64,000 bases of DNA from a bacterium (GTDB lineage Bacteria; UBA8248): NCBI GenBank assembly GCA_965207065.1, contig OZ242260.1, forward strand, positions 1 to 64,000, given 5' to 3'. Under the pieces are notes generated by a model. It had not been told where the DNA came from. It ran no database searches and worked only from the letters and a program-made list of their open reading frames with translations. The position numbers and the translations under genes are program-made. Shown here piece after piece: positions 61,678 to 64,000 of the stretch (within the stretch, counting starts at the first letter, position 1; every line of letters starts with the position of its first letter).

Positions 61678-62048
61678 TTAGTGAGTCCTCCTGAATACAT
61701 AGAAAAAGGGATTTTCAGCGAATTTCCGGCTTTTTAGATGGAGGACTCTTTTGGAATAGCATTGGATTCTTATATCTCATTGAAATCTATCTTGTTATAA
61801 TTGTTATATTATGGCGTGAAATTTGCATTTTAAATCCCGTAATCAAAAAGATAGCAGTTTTATTGCAAATTTTGCGCGTCCTGTCGCGCCTGTGTCGGGG
61901 CGGCGCAAGTATTCGTTCGGTCGTGGGGTGATAAAGAAAAGGAAAGCACCTGCTGAAGCTGGCTACACCGCGCAATTCCTACGAATGTCTCCGGCATCGA
62001 CTAAGCTATCACCCCTCCGCCAAACTGTTACCGGCGCAATTCTCAGTT

Positions 62049-62877
62049 TGGCGCCGTAGTCATATCCGGCAGACGTACGGGGCGACCCGGCGATCTGGCA
62101 GCCCGGACGTAAAAGCCTCGGGGTACAGAGGGGCCGTCGTGCCCTCGTGTGCGATCAGCCCGGGAGGCGAGCAACGAGTAGGGCCGTAACAAAAGTGAAC
62201 GGATGAAGCGTCGAAACAAGGACTTCCCGCGTGAAGCTGATTTGCGGGGTAGATGGAGTTGCCAAGGGTCTCCCTCCTAACCGATGGCCAGTGCCGGTGC
62301 GGAAGAAACTGAGGCGCACGCACCGGGGCTCCCGGCGTATTGAAGGCGGCAATACTCGAAAGTAGCGCAGTGAAAGTCCGGAAGGTGTGGAGGTCATGAC
62401 AGGATGACCCTGTGAATGTCGAAGACCGTCTCTATAACCGGGGTGCCGGGAAGTGAGACGGAGACCTCCAGACTGGCGGATGAGGTCGCCAAGCGTTGAA
62501 GGGTGGGACAACACAACCCACCCGGAGCGAGGACCTCTGGGCACAGGTGGCGACGCCGTGGCGGGCAGCCCGCACACAGAGGCGGGGGAAACCGCCCTGC
62601 ACATGGTGAAGCCTGAGGACGGAGTAAACGCTGGACCCGCCGAGGAGTATGGCAGGGTCGGTCTTAACCCCGGTGTTCCCGCGGAAGACTCCACTCCAAA
62701 CTGGGAGGTGCCTGTTGCTTGAAGCCGTACCGGGGAAAACCCGACGTACGGAATATTGGGGGGGGGGGGGCGGCTGGAAACGTGGCTCAAGGCGGAACTG
62801 TGACCCCAACCTGCAACCGAAAGAGCAGGGCTGGAAACCCTCCGCCTGAAGGTGCGCGCGCCAGTACTCTACCCGAC
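62049..62877 (+). ncRNA. ORF-less group II intron
   Basis: Domain V GAAGCCGTACCGGGGAAAACCCGACGTACGGAAT (62721-62754); extended domain VI ending CTCTACCCGAC; no RT ORF. 5' boundary approximate. Confidence 0.7.
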
Positions 62878-63122
62878 AAGGCCAGCCACCACCTCCATCC
62901 CGAGTCATGGGCCGCTACCCGCGAGAGCGGGTGGCAAGCGTTGACAGGGGCGCGTGCGTGCGGGGCTATTGAACACCGAAAATGAATCATCATTATCAAC
63001 AGTGGGGCCTTGCGCAGCGGATTGATCTGGTTAGCGGTAAATGAAGCAGATACGATGTAGGGGTGACAGACTATTCTAACATTATAATTGAACATTAACA
63101 TTAGATATGGTAGTGTTCGGGA

Positions 63123-64000
63123 ATGATGTTAGATAGCCGTCATATCCCTTCAGACAGGGGCGAATATCGCGACCGGCTCGAAGCCTATCTCGAAGCCATT
63201 CTAAAGCGCGGCGTTCCTTTGAAAGACTGGGACGGGTATGAGGCGCTGCCTGTATTTCTGACCCGTTTCTACCAGTTTTTTGAGACGCGGATCGGTCAAA
63301 CACCACTCCTCTTCATGTCGGCGAGCCAAACCGCCGAATATACGCCGGCAGAGCTCAGGAAGCACCTTGAGTTGGCGAAGGAGGGGTTCGACGGAATAGT
63401 CGTGTATTCAGTTGAACGACTTACAGCCGGCTTCCGCGCTCGGCTTATTGCAGCCGGCGTCGCTTTCGCCGTGCCCGGAAATCAGCTTTTTGTTCCGGAA
63501 CTCGCGATGGACTTGCGCGAACATTTCAGGGCGCCGAAACCGGAGCGGCCCGACAAATTATCACCGTCGGCTCAACTGGTTCTGTTTTTCCACCTCATCA
63601 AAGATGAGCAGGCGCGATCATGGACGCCAACCGAGCTGACGGAACCACTTCGGTATTCGATCATGACCATGAGCCGGGCTTTTGATGAGCTTGCAGCTGT
63701 GGGCCTTGCCCGGATAGAGCGGCGTGGCCGCAGGAAGCTCTTGTCGTTCTGCTCCGAGGGGCGCTTGCTGATCGACGCTTCGAAGACACTCCTGATTCGT
63801 CCTGAACGCCGACTGGACCATGTCCGTTGGCGGAAGCAACCGCCTGATTTGCCGTTGGCCGGCGAGCACGCCCTCGCACGATTCAGCGATCTCAGCCCGC
63901 CGGCAGCGCCACCGGTTTACGCAGTGACGCCGAAACAGATACGCGACTTGCTCTCGGCCGGGTGGGCGGAACAGAGAGAAGCTGACTATGACTCTGATGG
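63123..64000 (+). CDS. MarR/AbiEi-like wHTH regulator, partial (runs off window end)
   Basis: Open frame absent from the ORF track: LPVFL...RARLIAAGVAFAVPGNQLFVPELAMDLREHF...LSPSAQLVL...YSIMTMSRAFDEL. Confidence 0.7.
   Translation, partial: MMLDSRHIPSDRGEYRDRLEAYLEAILKRGVPLKDWDGYEALPVFLTRFYQFFETRIGQTPLLFMSASQTAEYTPAELRKHLELAKEGFDGIVVYSVERLTAGFRARLIAAGVAFAVPGNQLFVPELAMDLREHFRAPKPERPDKLSPSAQLVLFFHLIKDEQARSWTPTELTEPLRYSIMTMSRAFDELAAVGLARIERRGRRKLLSFCSEGRLLIDASKTLLIRPERRLDHVRWRKQPPDLPLAGEHALARFSDLSPPAAPPVYAVTPKQIRDLLSAGWAEQREADYDSD

Noticed and set aside
62758-62770. Long G homopolymer (also at ~20346-20357 and ~21029-21038) as a contingency locus
   Set aside because: Lies in an intron domain V-VI junction or outside a clear switchable gene; length may be a sequencing artefact.

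Overview
GC-rich bacterial accessory region with no housekeeping, rRNA, intact tRNA or CRISPR features. It looks like stacked, partly decayed integrative/conjugative islands. Main contents: (1) Three copies of a tandem pair of Thr/Gly/Ala-rich lipoproteins with TbpB/fHbp-like C-terminal barrel motifs. Two are intact (40.1-43.7 kb and 58.1-61.7 kb) and one is a relic (5.2-6.1 kb). The intact copies have near-identical ends and highly divergent cores. (2) An ICE-like backbone: tandem Arm-type tyrosine integrases, HU, Cys-rich protein, ssb, DUF4326, DUF2493, a coupling-protein fragment and a MOBF relaxase. The relaxase is split at its helicase Walker A motif by a three-recombinase RIT element with 88-bp perfect terminal inverted repeats. 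(3) About ten toxin-antitoxin loci or relics (ParE, HicAB x2, HigBA x2, RelE/XRE, PIN/DUF433, MNT/HEPN, AbiE, VapBC). (4) A candidate defence pair: an AAA+/DUF4143 protein coupled to a ~1340-aa NACHT/STAND-like NTPase with a C-terminal PD-(D/E)xK-like domain. (5) Two ORF-less group II introns. (6) Duplicated TPR-like and ankyrin genes. (7) IS1380, IS1182 and IS256 relics. All family calls come from motif recognition by eye, not database searches.
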